DNA from: Fimbriosthenelais zetlandica
Taxonomy: Eukaryota
NCBI GenBank assembly: GCA_977030845.1
Contig: OZ365115.1
Location: 5,952,001 to 6,016,000, forward strand
DNA: 64,000 nt
Direction of reading: 5' to 3'
This document shows positions 48,871 through 61,049 of the stretch, in pieces. Position 1 is the first letter of the stretch; each line of letters begins with the position of its first letter. The position numbers were made by a program, and so were the translations under genes. Below the pieces are notes generated by a model. That model searched no databases. It was not told the origin of the DNA and worked only from the letters and a program-made list of their open reading frames with translations.

Positions 48871-51800
48871 ACTTCTGCCTATAACTTACAATTACAAGTA
48901 TTATAAAGAGAACATTAGCTCTCTGTTGAAACTAGTCTAATATTATAGGACTTCACTGCTACGCAAAGACTTTATATCATATAAGCTCAGTCAACTGGTC
49001 CGAATTCTTTGAAGTATATGGCACAATCAATGCATAACAAGAGTAGTACTATAGTTCCCCTTCTAGATAGATAGGGAGCCAGAGACATGAGGACTTGCAT
49101 CAGAAGAGTTGTATTGATAAGCAGTTCTTGTGAAGAAAAGGCTTGTTTTGGCAAGCTTGTGTAAGAGGCGTCCCGGCGGGGTGGGCCCGCCCGGTCCACA
49201 GCTTGTGGAGGGCAGGATGTGGGTGAGGGACGTCCGTGGTGCCTGGCCTCTGGTAGATTACTTTCACCAGCTTCCTCTATTAATCACAACCATTCTTTAT
49301 ATCGCAAAGCACCCCCATATGCTGGTAGGATTTCAAATAAGAGCTATCCAAGCATTTTCTCGAGACAGGATGGATTCCCAATGGGAAGGCAAAAGTCTTT
49401 GAAACTTGTGACTCATGCTGAATGAAAGAAGATATGTATACGGGGACACTGAAGTTTGTCCCAAGAAGAATTCATCAGTCTCAGTCCCTGTGAAATGAAC
49501 ATATGGGACCTATTTCATAGCCATGGAAATGGCACTATTTGAACTAACCCCTAGCTATTTTTGTAATTCTTGCCTGTTTATGAGTTCACTCGCAACAACC
49601 GAAACGGTAGCAAACGGTGAAAACCAAGTCAGATCTGGCCTATAAAAGTATAATTCGCAGGTGCCGCAACAGGCAGAAATTGACAGTAGAGTTACATGTA
49701 TAATAATGGCTAATATCGCCCATGTATGAAACAAGCAAATCTTTTACAATATTTGCATACAGAACAAGCCATTATCCCAGGGCTTTTAAAGTTTTATTTG
49801 ACAATGTGGTAGGCCTATTTGACAAAAAAAATCACCTGCATAGGATGATGCCATGATGAAACTTTTTTGTGTTAATCAGTGATAGGTGTTCCATAACAAT
49901 CAAAACAATTAAATGGATTCATGTAACTTGGGTTCGTGACGAAATGATAAATGGTTTTGAATTTTTAATGTGATGAACTAGATGCCTTGCACAAACCCAA
50001 GCCTGACTATTTACACTTGCAGTGTGCTAGCCCTGCATGGTGCATTGACACGGCAGTGTTTTTCTTTCTGAATATTTTTTTCTTGCCGGACCATTTCAAA
50101 CAAAGATAGTCTGTATCTCATAGGACAAGCAGCTGCCAGAAGCCATTAACAGACTCCAAAAATCTGAGTGGACTTGATTAACCTAGGGTTATTTGGGTTG
50201 TCTGTTAAAACGCTGGCCAGGCAAGGGGCCCACTCCTACAGACTCCTGATAATGAAATCTCGGTTAATTACTGTGTACAGGTGGCGTGATTGTGGGTCAC
50301 AAAAGCTAACGTGGGAGGTATGCATCTCATAGAATCTCCACCTCCGACTGGGTCAGCATGGCCATTGTTCAATGATTACATTCATAATTGCCGTAATCTT
50401 GAGCAGAATGTGCACAATTATCATATCTTTCCCCAGATGCAATTGACATTAGCAATTCCCATTATGCCCAGACAGACATGAATTTTATGTATAAATTATT
50501 ATATAGAAGTGATTTGATTCTTATGAATGTTGTCAAGCACAAGCTATAGGAACCTTCAACTCTCAAAGGTGACATCGAATCTAGGCCTATACCTTTTTGT
50601 CTTGCGTTTTCTTCAGCCTAATCGGTGCACGTAGTATAGATATGTGCTAAGGGACATGGGCTAATCACCGATGACAAACTGGTGGGCCTATACCGAATTA
50701 CAGCAACAGGAAGACATATTAATACTTGGGAAGACCTACTTCCATACCCACAATTCCTGAGCATGTCCCTGTAATGCATGGTTGAAAAGTAAGGTTATAA
50801 TTAGAGTATATAGTTTCCTCGTTCATTGTACATACCCATGAAGGTCTGCATATTCAGATTGAGTCTGGAAGACAGGGAGCTAACGCAGCCACTCGGTGAG
50901 GGGTGCGAGCCACTATTATCAGTCGTTAAGTAGTCATTATTGAGTTGGGGAAGCGTTAATTCAAGCTTACATGAAGAAAATAAGACTAGTAGGGATTACC
51001 GCTAATGAGCCAAACCACTTTCTAATGTTATCTCGAGACGTGAATGTACATTTGCCTTGGACCAAATAGGAGAGGCTGGGTCGGTGACAGTAATGAAGCA
51101 GTGAGTCATTAAGGTTGCGAGCAATGTGTATAATTAGTTCACATTAATCAGATACCACATACCACATATCCCTGCCCCCTATACTGCCGTCAAGAAAAGC
51201 CTGCAAAACAATAAACCCCACCCGCTCCACCCCGCCGACAGTCTACTCCTAATTCTTCTTCCCGGGTCCCGCTCCTCTCCAAGATAAATGTCTATTTGCT
51301 AGCACATTCTTGAGAGCTGCGTTAATTTAATGAGTTCAACAAGCGAATGCAGGGTGTCGCCACTGACAAAGCAACCCCGGCAATAATACACTCATGAGAA
51401 ATTTCAACCCAATATATTATGCCATTTGTCCTTGGTGTTGAGACCCGTGAGGCAATTCATTCACTGTTCAAAATAGCAGCAATAGGAAATCTGAATGTTA
51501 CTGGTATAGCCTCTATGAAGCAGGGTTCTATGCTTTAACATATGACCCCAAAGATGTGGCAGCATTGTCGTTTTACGCACCTATAGCTCTATGAAACGTC
51601 TCTGAAAAGCGTTGAAAAAGATATATTAGATGTGCATGTAACTGACACTATAGTGACAGGGCTCTGCTTATTTGTTGTCTTTGAAATGTGGACTTAACCC
51701 ATATGGCTGTAATATATTGTTGTGTTGGTCCCTCTCAAAGTGCTCTCCAGTCACACACCGCCTCTCACTTATTCTCCCGAGTCCTTGGCATTCCCATGAG

Positions 51801-54800
51801 TCCATCTGATGCATTCTGGCAGAGCACCAGTTACCATGACTTCTAATATCAGGCTTGTGTTAGCAGCCCAGGCACGCTATTTTTATGGAGCAAGGACGAG
51901 TAATCCCTTGGTACACTTCTAAGAGAGAAATACCATTAATTTTTGTCTAAAGTTTAGTTGAGTATAGATTTTGGAAAAGGTGCAATAGTAATGATCGCTT
52001 CCGCAAAGAAGATTTCTCCAAACCAGCCTATAGGTTTAGCTATTAGGGAAAACTAGACCGGAAGTAGGCTATGCATGTCCACCAACTTTCCCGGATGTAT
52101 GTCATTAAATCTATGCTAGTCCCCGCCGAGAAAACAGGTGGCGCAGAATCGCCATGCCCTCTCCACCATTAAACAAATTTAGGTTCTGTTTCATAATCTC
52201 AAATCTAAATGATCTTTTCAGGCTGTTTCAAATGACGTTCCAGATCCCGCCACTTTATTTATCTCCAGGGTTGCCCTGATCAAAAATCAGATTAACGAAT
52301 GATTTTGATAGGATTATTCTAAGAATCAAATCCATCTCCCGCAACTTATCACTGTCATTCTTGTTGCCAAAATTAATAATAGAAATTACATGAGCTAGGG
52401 AAGTATCTGTTCTTTCCCTTATGACCTGATACAATATTTGTATGTATTTTGTCTTCATGCACTATCCGCTCCTTCCGTTCCCAAAGCATATTTGAAAATA
52501 TTAAAGTGTAAGAGCGCCATTATTATCAGCTGCACCTTTAACTCGGAATATTCTGCTTCATATAAAACCACTGTTCATCAATCCATCCCTTCATTTGTTC
52601 AATATCTCCTTTCATAACTCTTTCAATACGGTACAGCAGGGGAAAAACTAAGCATGAATAAGGTGGGAGTTTTCTATTTAAAAAAATGCTGACAGCTTTT
52701 ATCAACAACACACATCTCTTTGATAGCATGGGAAAACATGGGAAGTCAATATACCTAAAAGCAGACTTCCTGACCTCTTTGTTGCCGAGGAAAAAGAGAG
52801 CTATTAAAAATCATAGCGCAAGGGAACTTACAGGTATGCCAATGGCGTCGTGCATACGACCAATGCATACCACTGACATAATACCATCTTTATCCATAAA
52901 TCAATCTCATCATATCTGAACAAAGCAAGCTTTAAAACTTTCATCCCAAGTTTGAAAATGTAATGTTACTTTGACCTATATCTTCAATTATAGGAGTCAA
53001 TATTAAACAATTTCTTTTGATAACCATGGCTGGTATTATTGTTGTATTCCCCTTTCCCTTTTCAACACCGTACATCATTGGAGTTGCACATGAGTGGTCG
53101 CATATGTCTTTCACGATGCTTTAACACTGTTTGGAGCTCTCCGCAACAGAAACCTTGCCAATGTAAACGTTCTCAACAGGAACCATTGACCTGTTAGCAA
53201 CACGCCAGATCATCACATTGTTAACATCACTAACACTAACACAACACTATAATCCCATACTTTTTAACCCGTGCACTCAGCAAATGATTGCCATGGAAAG
53301 TTAGTACCTGAAGACTCCAGTTTGATTTCTCTTGATGAAGAACACAGTCACAGTGATAATAGTTCATAATGGAACATCAATATGAACATACGTGTAGGGA
53401 TATTGTTTTCATTCAAATGGATTGATGACCTAACAAAATGTGAAGTTTACTGGGAGATATCTGCTTTATATTCTTTCAATAGGATTAGTTCTGGAAGGAA
53501 AGAAGCCTGTGAAAAAGGCATTTTGCTTGTCGATATGGACATCTTAATTAATGTACTTCAATGTTTCGTGGACCGATTGAAAACGTTCAAAACAGCAAAT
53601 AGGATACTTTAAATTAAATGGGGCCAAAACGTATTACCATAAATCCATACTTGTCTGGGAAATAAAGGCAAGAGATAAAATCTGCAACTTCAGAGACGCA
53701 AGAGTTTTCCAATTTATTCTGCACAATACATGAAAATGATTAATGCAAGATGTCTACGATTTGAGATAGCTTGAACTAACTTAAGATGAAAATTAATTTA
53801 ATAAAATATTTTCCGGATGGGAACCTACTTGTAGGCCAACTCCATAGCGCTGTAGCTGTACCAGACAACATAGCCAGCCTATCGACCGACTTAAATATCG
53901 TAGCCTAAAGGGGCAGAGGTACCCCGACCACTTTATGCCACAACCAGCAGATTTCCTACGGTAATACCCCCTACCATCAATAAGGGATATTTCCCATCCT
54001 TCTCAGGCTTAATTGGGTTGTTTTCTGATGGAATCCTCAACCACCTAATTGCATGTACAAGATATGACACCCTCAGAGGTAATAGTCATAGATATTTCAA
54101 ATCAATCCAGTGACACTGTAAGATTTACTGGGCCAATTGAGTACCTTTACCTCACGCCTACCATAATTTATTGAGTTCCAATTACACCCGCTCTGTCCCA
54201 ACCAACAGAAAATTATAATTCAAGCGATTAATTGGTCGGTGTTTTTTATTTGTCACAAGAGAGAACTGGCTCACATGAGATGATGAGGTCTCGGAATGCA
54301 ACCTAAATTACATTTTCTGCCTGTACAACTGAAGACCGAGTGGAACGTATAGACAAAGTCTCCACCTTCAGTCATTAATATCCCATCCAACTATATCCCC
54401 GAACATCTCAAGGTGCTCGTCCGTTCGTTGTCTATGGTAGCCTCTATTTATGTCATCCATTGATCAAAAAACTTTCCTAGTAACCTACAAAATATTTTCA
54501 CAACACAAGGGAATCTGAAAACAATAACACCCAAGGAAATGACCCAAAAAACCAAATGGGATTAATTTTTAATTTCTCTCAAGAATCTGAATTCTTCAGG
54601 AGATTGCACCGTAACAAATTGTTTCCATCCGCCTATCGCTTGTCTTTTCACAAATGACTTGTGCAGGACTTCCCCATCCGTCACGGAGGTCAGAGCTGCA
54701 TCAGTCAGTATGAGGAGTGGAAAATAACCTGATGCAGCTGTCACTAAAAGTTAGTGCCTCTCTTCATATCCTCCAATTCAAATCAATTACCAACTTTAAA

Positions 54801-56248
54801 CCCTTCAGACAGACGACCTCCAGGCACATTGAATTAGATTATTGGAACAAACTAATCATCAGCTGTGAAATCCTCATCAAATTGCTTGTTTTTGTTGAGG
54901 TCATCACACGTTTCAAGGTGTCCTTGTAGCTGAACAAGGTCAGATGACCATTAGGCTTTACCCGTGTATCCACAACATATTTGCATATTAATTGTTAACT
55001 GCATTTAGTTTAAGCGGTGAAGTGCTTTCTTTAACATCAACAGAACCTGCAGAGAAATTTGACTTGGCAAGTTGTAGCTTCCACTGCATGTAAGGACCAC
55101 ATCCCATGAAGGCATAGTCGATGGCTTCCATTCATCTAGTATTTCACATGAATAGTTGCTCCATCTATTTCATAGCTTCTACTCGACCTCTGGAGGGGTT
55201 CACATTTATCTCCAGCAAACGTCTGGTGGAGCCAATCAAAACGTGGAGAAGCTTTCTTTTTCCGCCTTTTGTTTGGAAGTTGAGACATAGGACAATCAAG
55301 CATTCAACTTCTCCGGGAATATTTAAAGGACATTTTGTGTGGAAATGTTCTTGGACAATCAGTTCTAATCTAGACCTTGACTTTCATCTGGGTTTGATAA
55401 CGTTATGGGGCTTTATCATCAGCTCGGGGCGATATGAGTAGCGTCTCTTATCTGTGCTGCTCAGTCGTTTCACCAACTCATACTTGCCGGAAACAAAAGC
55501 CGCAGAAAATAGCCACCATTGTCTTAGCCTTCCAGCTTTCCATGGTTTCATTTCTTGCATTCCACAATAGCTGCCATCTGTATGATTGTGTTTAAAACAG
55601 GGACTCAGATGTAATGATAAGCCAGCTTGATTGTGTCTGTGTCCTATGAGAGAGTGGATTAAGTCCTTGTTTGGAGGTGGATCCCTTGTGCCTGATGGCT
55701 GGCTCTTTAAGCACATGCCTCTCCCTCGGTCCACTTCCGTCCTGGCGGCTGCATTAAAAAGCAATTTCAGCCAGCCTAGGCTTACATAGGCCAAGTCATT
55801 CTGATGATCATAAGATGTGTCCATGGTAGCGATGCCTTGAATAAGGCGGGCAAAACCGTGCTAATTAAGCAGAGATTATCTCTGCCGTCGAGCTGTGTTT
55901 TCATCAAACAACGCTTGGCGACGCTCGCGGCCAGAGCGGGACGCTAACAGATCGATTAAAATGCTACTGCATGTCATCTGCCTTTTTGGTGGAAGCACGG
56001 TGTAACAAAGGTAACTAGGATAACAATTTTAACCGTGTGTGCCATGTGATGGCGTTTCCTACACACCCATCGCTCTCTCCTGATAACACGGAGTTGACAG
56101 ATTATGCAAAAATCTTCACTATCGCTTTTTATCAATCTGGGAATACTCTAATTTGGGCTACCGGTACTTAATTTTGCAATGCATGAAAGTTGAAGTGATT
56201 CTCAAATACCGGCTTAAATGGATATTAAGTAGGTAATGAAACCGATAC

Positions 56249-56497
56249 ATTCCCCTTGTTGCATAACTTCAACGAGCGCTCGCTGGCCAACTCGCGTTGA
56301 AAATAAAATCTCAGAGAAAATTCTACGAGCAGTCCAACGAGCGCTGGCTGACTCCCGCTTGCATAACATCACTAGTATCGTTGGAACTAGCGATACATCC
56401 CCAGCAATTGTATGATATCTCTCGCAGCTGCGATTTTATTTTCTACGAGACTTCGCCAGCGAGCTAGCGCTCACTGAAGTTATGCAACAAGGGGAAT
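56249..56497. mobile_element. MITE (non-autonomous DNA transposon, about 250 bp)
   Basis: 23-bp perfect terminal inverted repeat ATTCCCCTTGTTGCATAACTTCA (56249-56271) / TGAAGTTATGCAACAAGGGGAAT (56475-56497), with further imperfect subterminal IRs (GAGCGCT..CGCTGGC / GCCAGCG..AGCGCTC) and no coding capacity. Superfamily not assigned. Confidence 0.8.
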
Positions 56498-59400
56498 ATG
56501 GGCAATTAGACAATGTAACACACATATTGATACTTTTGTTCAATACGGTCAAAATAAGTTTGGTTGTACAAATCTAGTGTTCAATATGGAATCTTTTTGT
56601 TGCAATTTCAAAAACCTGATCCAACATTCTGCATGCTTTTATCAGCATGCTCCTCATGTGAATCACTATGGTATTGTATAACATATCATCTTTTGTATTG
56701 CAGACAGCTCTGGGTAGCTCAAAAGCTCTCTTACTATCTCTGGTTTCACAAAAGCATCCTTGATGCTTTCTATAGATCAGTCAAGATACCATCTTGACAT
56801 CATAGAACCCCTGCCATTCTTCGCGTCTAGCCCGATCATGTAGATACCAAGTGCTAAGTTTAACACCTTCAAATAAAGTTTTCTCCCTGCAATAACGCGT
56901 TCACTTCAATACCCGTGACCCTTTGCACAGCCAACTAGGTTTGCATAGACAGCTGTGTAATCATGAAGCACTGCTATCGGGGACAAAGTCTTCTCAGAAT
57001 GGTTCTGAATACAGCAGGGTATGTCTAGGATTTAAATCAGTATTTGATCAGAACTTAGAGAAAAACAGATTTGGGGACTTAGATGTGGGCGAAGGCGACG
57101 TCTGAGCCGAATTACACCCGTTATGGTTGCCAATCAAGCCTGTCTTAAGCTGACACATTCAGCCTTTCCTCCAACAAACTAAGGATGGACACAACCAATT
57201 GGTCCTTTAACATTTCCACCTCTAGCTAGCTCATGGGTAAATATAGGAGTCTCTATCTTTCTCCACTTTTCAAGGTGGTGACAAACCCACAGTCATACGT
57301 TTATAGGTATCGGTGGTCACAGTAATTCGGTTGTTCAACTCTAAATTGCTAGTTAGGCTACAGTCACTGAACTAGTTGGAACTCATCATCTAGATTGTTG
57401 ATAAATTTGTCAGTTATATCATGACGATGCCTACTTCTGACATGAGCCCTATGCTCTTTTTCATCCAGATTGTGTATACTGGTTTTAAATCCATCATGAA
57501 GATCTAGACTTCCCAATGAAATGTTCGTAGATCTAACCACTGATGTGAAACCCCTAGCTACCCGGTCAGGATTTTAACAAAAATATCTGGTTTCATTAGC
57601 AAAATTTAAACTAGGACATTTGCTAGGACTTTAACTAGGTCTTTAAGCCTGCGGGCCGCGGTTGTGAGGTCCAGTCTGAAAGGCTAAACTTTATTTGGAG
57701 GACAAGATAGAGCCATGGCCTAAAATTCTTTGATCCTTCAGTTTGAAGGGATGCAAGGGGATCATACTTTATCAATATCTTCGATCCCGTGGTAAAACTC
57801 CAGTCTTCCTGATTGATTTTTGCCTGTACTGCTGCCTGATTAGGCTCTTTCTACCAGAAATCACATCAGCCTCAGTTACTAGACCAACAGAAAACTAGAC
57901 TTGATTCTAGATATATTTAACAAGGTTTATCTGCCAGACTGACTACATTTGTGGAGACTAGCGACTGATCTGATGTACATTGAACCTGTGGACGCCATAC
58001 AGGTCAAGGACTTAGTACCTTTCTGATGTAAAACCGTCAAAAAGGGTCACCGCCATATCATGGTCCCAACAGGTTTGGAACCTATTGATTTCTTCTTCAA
58101 GAAGTACGGGCCGTGTTTACTAACATTAGTTTGGTCTAACAACATGTCTATCTTGCTGAAGGTCCCTCCTGAATATATTGAATATATGCTCTATTGGTCA
58201 TGAAATAGATTGAACGGACCAAGGCTTGGTAAGAGAATTGTTATTGCACTGGTTGCATGGGGATAATGAAGTTTTGCCAGGCAATACATATATAACAGCT
58301 TCTAAATGGAATTTTGTGAAAAACGAAATTTCCCGGCAAGTGAGAGTGAGTTTTCCTACATATTATTATAAGCATGTTTAGAAGCCGAGGTACATCCTCC
58401 CAACATTGATGATACGGAAATTTGCCATCATGGGCATCATGACCATGTTAATTGTATAAAGTGACTATTATAAGCTTATGCTTCTATCTGTTAGAGTTCA
58501 TTTTTCAAAGTATTTCAAAGTGTTTATATCGTTGCAATCCCATTTGATTACTGGACTCCCATGGTAACTTAGCATCATGCAGCCTCTAATATTAGTCCCT
58601 TTATTTGGAGACCTTTGGGATCCACACTAGACGGTCTGATAATTCATCCGTAGATTCCTCAACTCAAAAAAAACTTTCTCCAAAGAGTAGAGTACCTCTG
58701 GGAGTACCAATAAGTCAGTTTAATAATAAGCAGGATGCTTCTCTATGCCCAGTAGAGTTCTATCTTGCCTTGCATGGCAAACGTGAAAGTACCATTGTGG
58801 TGAACGTGATGACGGCGGGGGAGGGCCTATAGACCAATGCCCGTCCCTCGGTATGGACACGCGGCCCTGGACATAGGCATCAGAAAAGCCAGATATCCAT
58901 GGTCTATAATGAGGTATATATATTTATGAATGTGAGTATTTGCCGGGATGCTATTATTATGATTTCCCTCTAGGTTTGGAGTGATTGGACTTTTTGTGTG
59001 TCGCAGACGGGGGTGACTTGGTGGTCGGGGACCCTCACTGATCAGGATATCTCATGCAATCACTCCCTCATCAATCACAATAAACATTTCATTTCGATCC
59101 AATGGACTTAAAACATACGATAATGGACTCTTTCTCGGGGTGCTTTATAATTAATTTAAACATAATGATCACCACTTGAAAGCTAAAACCATATTGCGAG
59201 GCGAGAGTATAGACACCTTTTTTTTGAAGTATTTTTAAGCAATCAGGCTATAAACTTTTCAGCTCTATGCATTAGCTGTAGTGTTGTTCAATATGGAATC
59301 AATCTTGATTTTCGTCATGAGTAATTTCATACTATTTAATTGGCATTAGTAGTTAAATAAATGACTATTAATTTCCCCCAGCAGTCCTGATATTTCTATG

Positions 59401-60980
59401 CTGATAACAAAGCCTACAGCTCGGTCAAGTTGCACTATGGTGCAAGTTTAATGACAGAATTGTTCATATAAATTGCTTTCATATAAAACTATGTTTACGG
59501 GTTCCATCAGGTTCTCTTTTGGTTAAAGGGATGCAGGGAAGCAGTGCATCCTGCTTGAAATTATCTCATTCAAGTGGCTTCATCAGAATGAGTTTTATCA
59601 ACTGAAAACCATTAAGAAATTCAAGAACAATGAATGAAGAGTGGAGAACTCTTTCTGATTGCAAGAATAATTTATTACCTCATGTGATGGATCATGTGTC
59701 AACCACAAACTATAAAAGTCTCCCTCGTCTGCTTCCACAATCAAAGAATCATCCTCCATCTTTGTTTAGTTTTCTTTATTTGTTGCGTGTTTGTCATAGA
59801 CTGGTCATTGAGAATACAAGTCATTGAACTGTCCATTTTGCTTTACAACACATGGACTAGACATTGGTTATTATGGGCCAGTGAATATCATCATCTAGGG
59901 TATGGACTTTCTTACGTTGGAACCCAATACTTGAGTCAATTATGTCTTAATGTCTTTTCAGTAATCTCTATGACTTCACCGCAGTCATAACCAAGTCAGA
60001 AGTTTTTTTTAAATAGTTGCATTATGCCACAGACGGGTAATTCTTTCAGTCCAGTGCAGGCAACTTCATTGAGGTCACTGAGTAAGCCGGAAAATGTAGT
60101 TGATTGACTACATCACCTAAAATAGTTTCCCCGTCCTTTTCAATTGGTCATTTCTGGCAGTTATCGAGCACACAGTTTGTTCTTTAAACATGCTTTTATA
60201 TATATGGAAATCATAATGATACAAATACAACAAAAACAAGACTTCGTGTCTCTCACATAATTATGAGGTATGGTTGATTCACAGAGTTAAGAGACGGTCT
60301 CCTTCCCCATCTCCTTTATACTAGCACCCTTTATACTAGCACCCATTTCTTTGCTGTCAGTCTCTACGAGCATGTACGCTTAGATGGATCTGGCTTCTAA
60401 TCACTGTCAACGGCCATCACAGGCATGCACACGTTTCCAGCCTTACACCCATGTCATCTGTGGTGGTCAGTTGGTGGGCTTTTAATGCCATCCAACTTCT
60501 ACCATGGCTATTTTGGCTCACTACATATTACACCTAATGACCAGTGACTGCAAGGAGAAAGGCAATTTCTAATTGCTCTGTAGCTAGTTTCCGTTGATGG
60601 GGGCCCAAATCCCTGACAATTAATCGACCGTGTATTGAAGAGACATCTTAGGATAGACGGGCAAATATGAGGTTTGAGAACCCAGGTTATTATAGGCCTA
60701 AGACCTCATTACTGGTGACAAAGCACCTGGTATTACAGATACCATGATAAGAAGATAGCAACGTTCATCTCCATTCCATCTCTCCTCAGTTTTGGAGCAC
60801 ACCCTTAACCATCCTTTCACATTGAGTAGGCAAACTCCTTATACATTTCAAGTTGTTTCTTTGAATTGGCGTGTTATTCCAAGAGCTGTTCTGAGAAATG
60901 CTGGTGGTTAGTGGGACAAGTTCCCTGAAAATCTCTTAATACTGTGACAATAGTTTCTGCTGCAGGCCAACCTTGCTTAC

Positions 60981-61049
60981 CCATCCCAGTTATTGTTGGT
61001 GGTGATCGAGCGATGGCCGTCGCAAAGAAAGCAATTAACACAGCAAAGC
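60981..61049 (-). other. Candidate orphan 69-nt coding exon encoding a signal-peptide-like segment
   Basis: CCATCCTGTTCAG|GC TTT GCT GTG TTA ATT GCT TTC TTT GCG ACG GCC ATC GCT CGA...ATG G|GTAAGC: phase 1-1, FAVLIAFFATAIARSPPTITGM. Confidence 0.3.

Noticed and set aside
55384-55824. 146-aa minus-strand ORF
   Set aside because: No family features and no linked exons; likely spurious.
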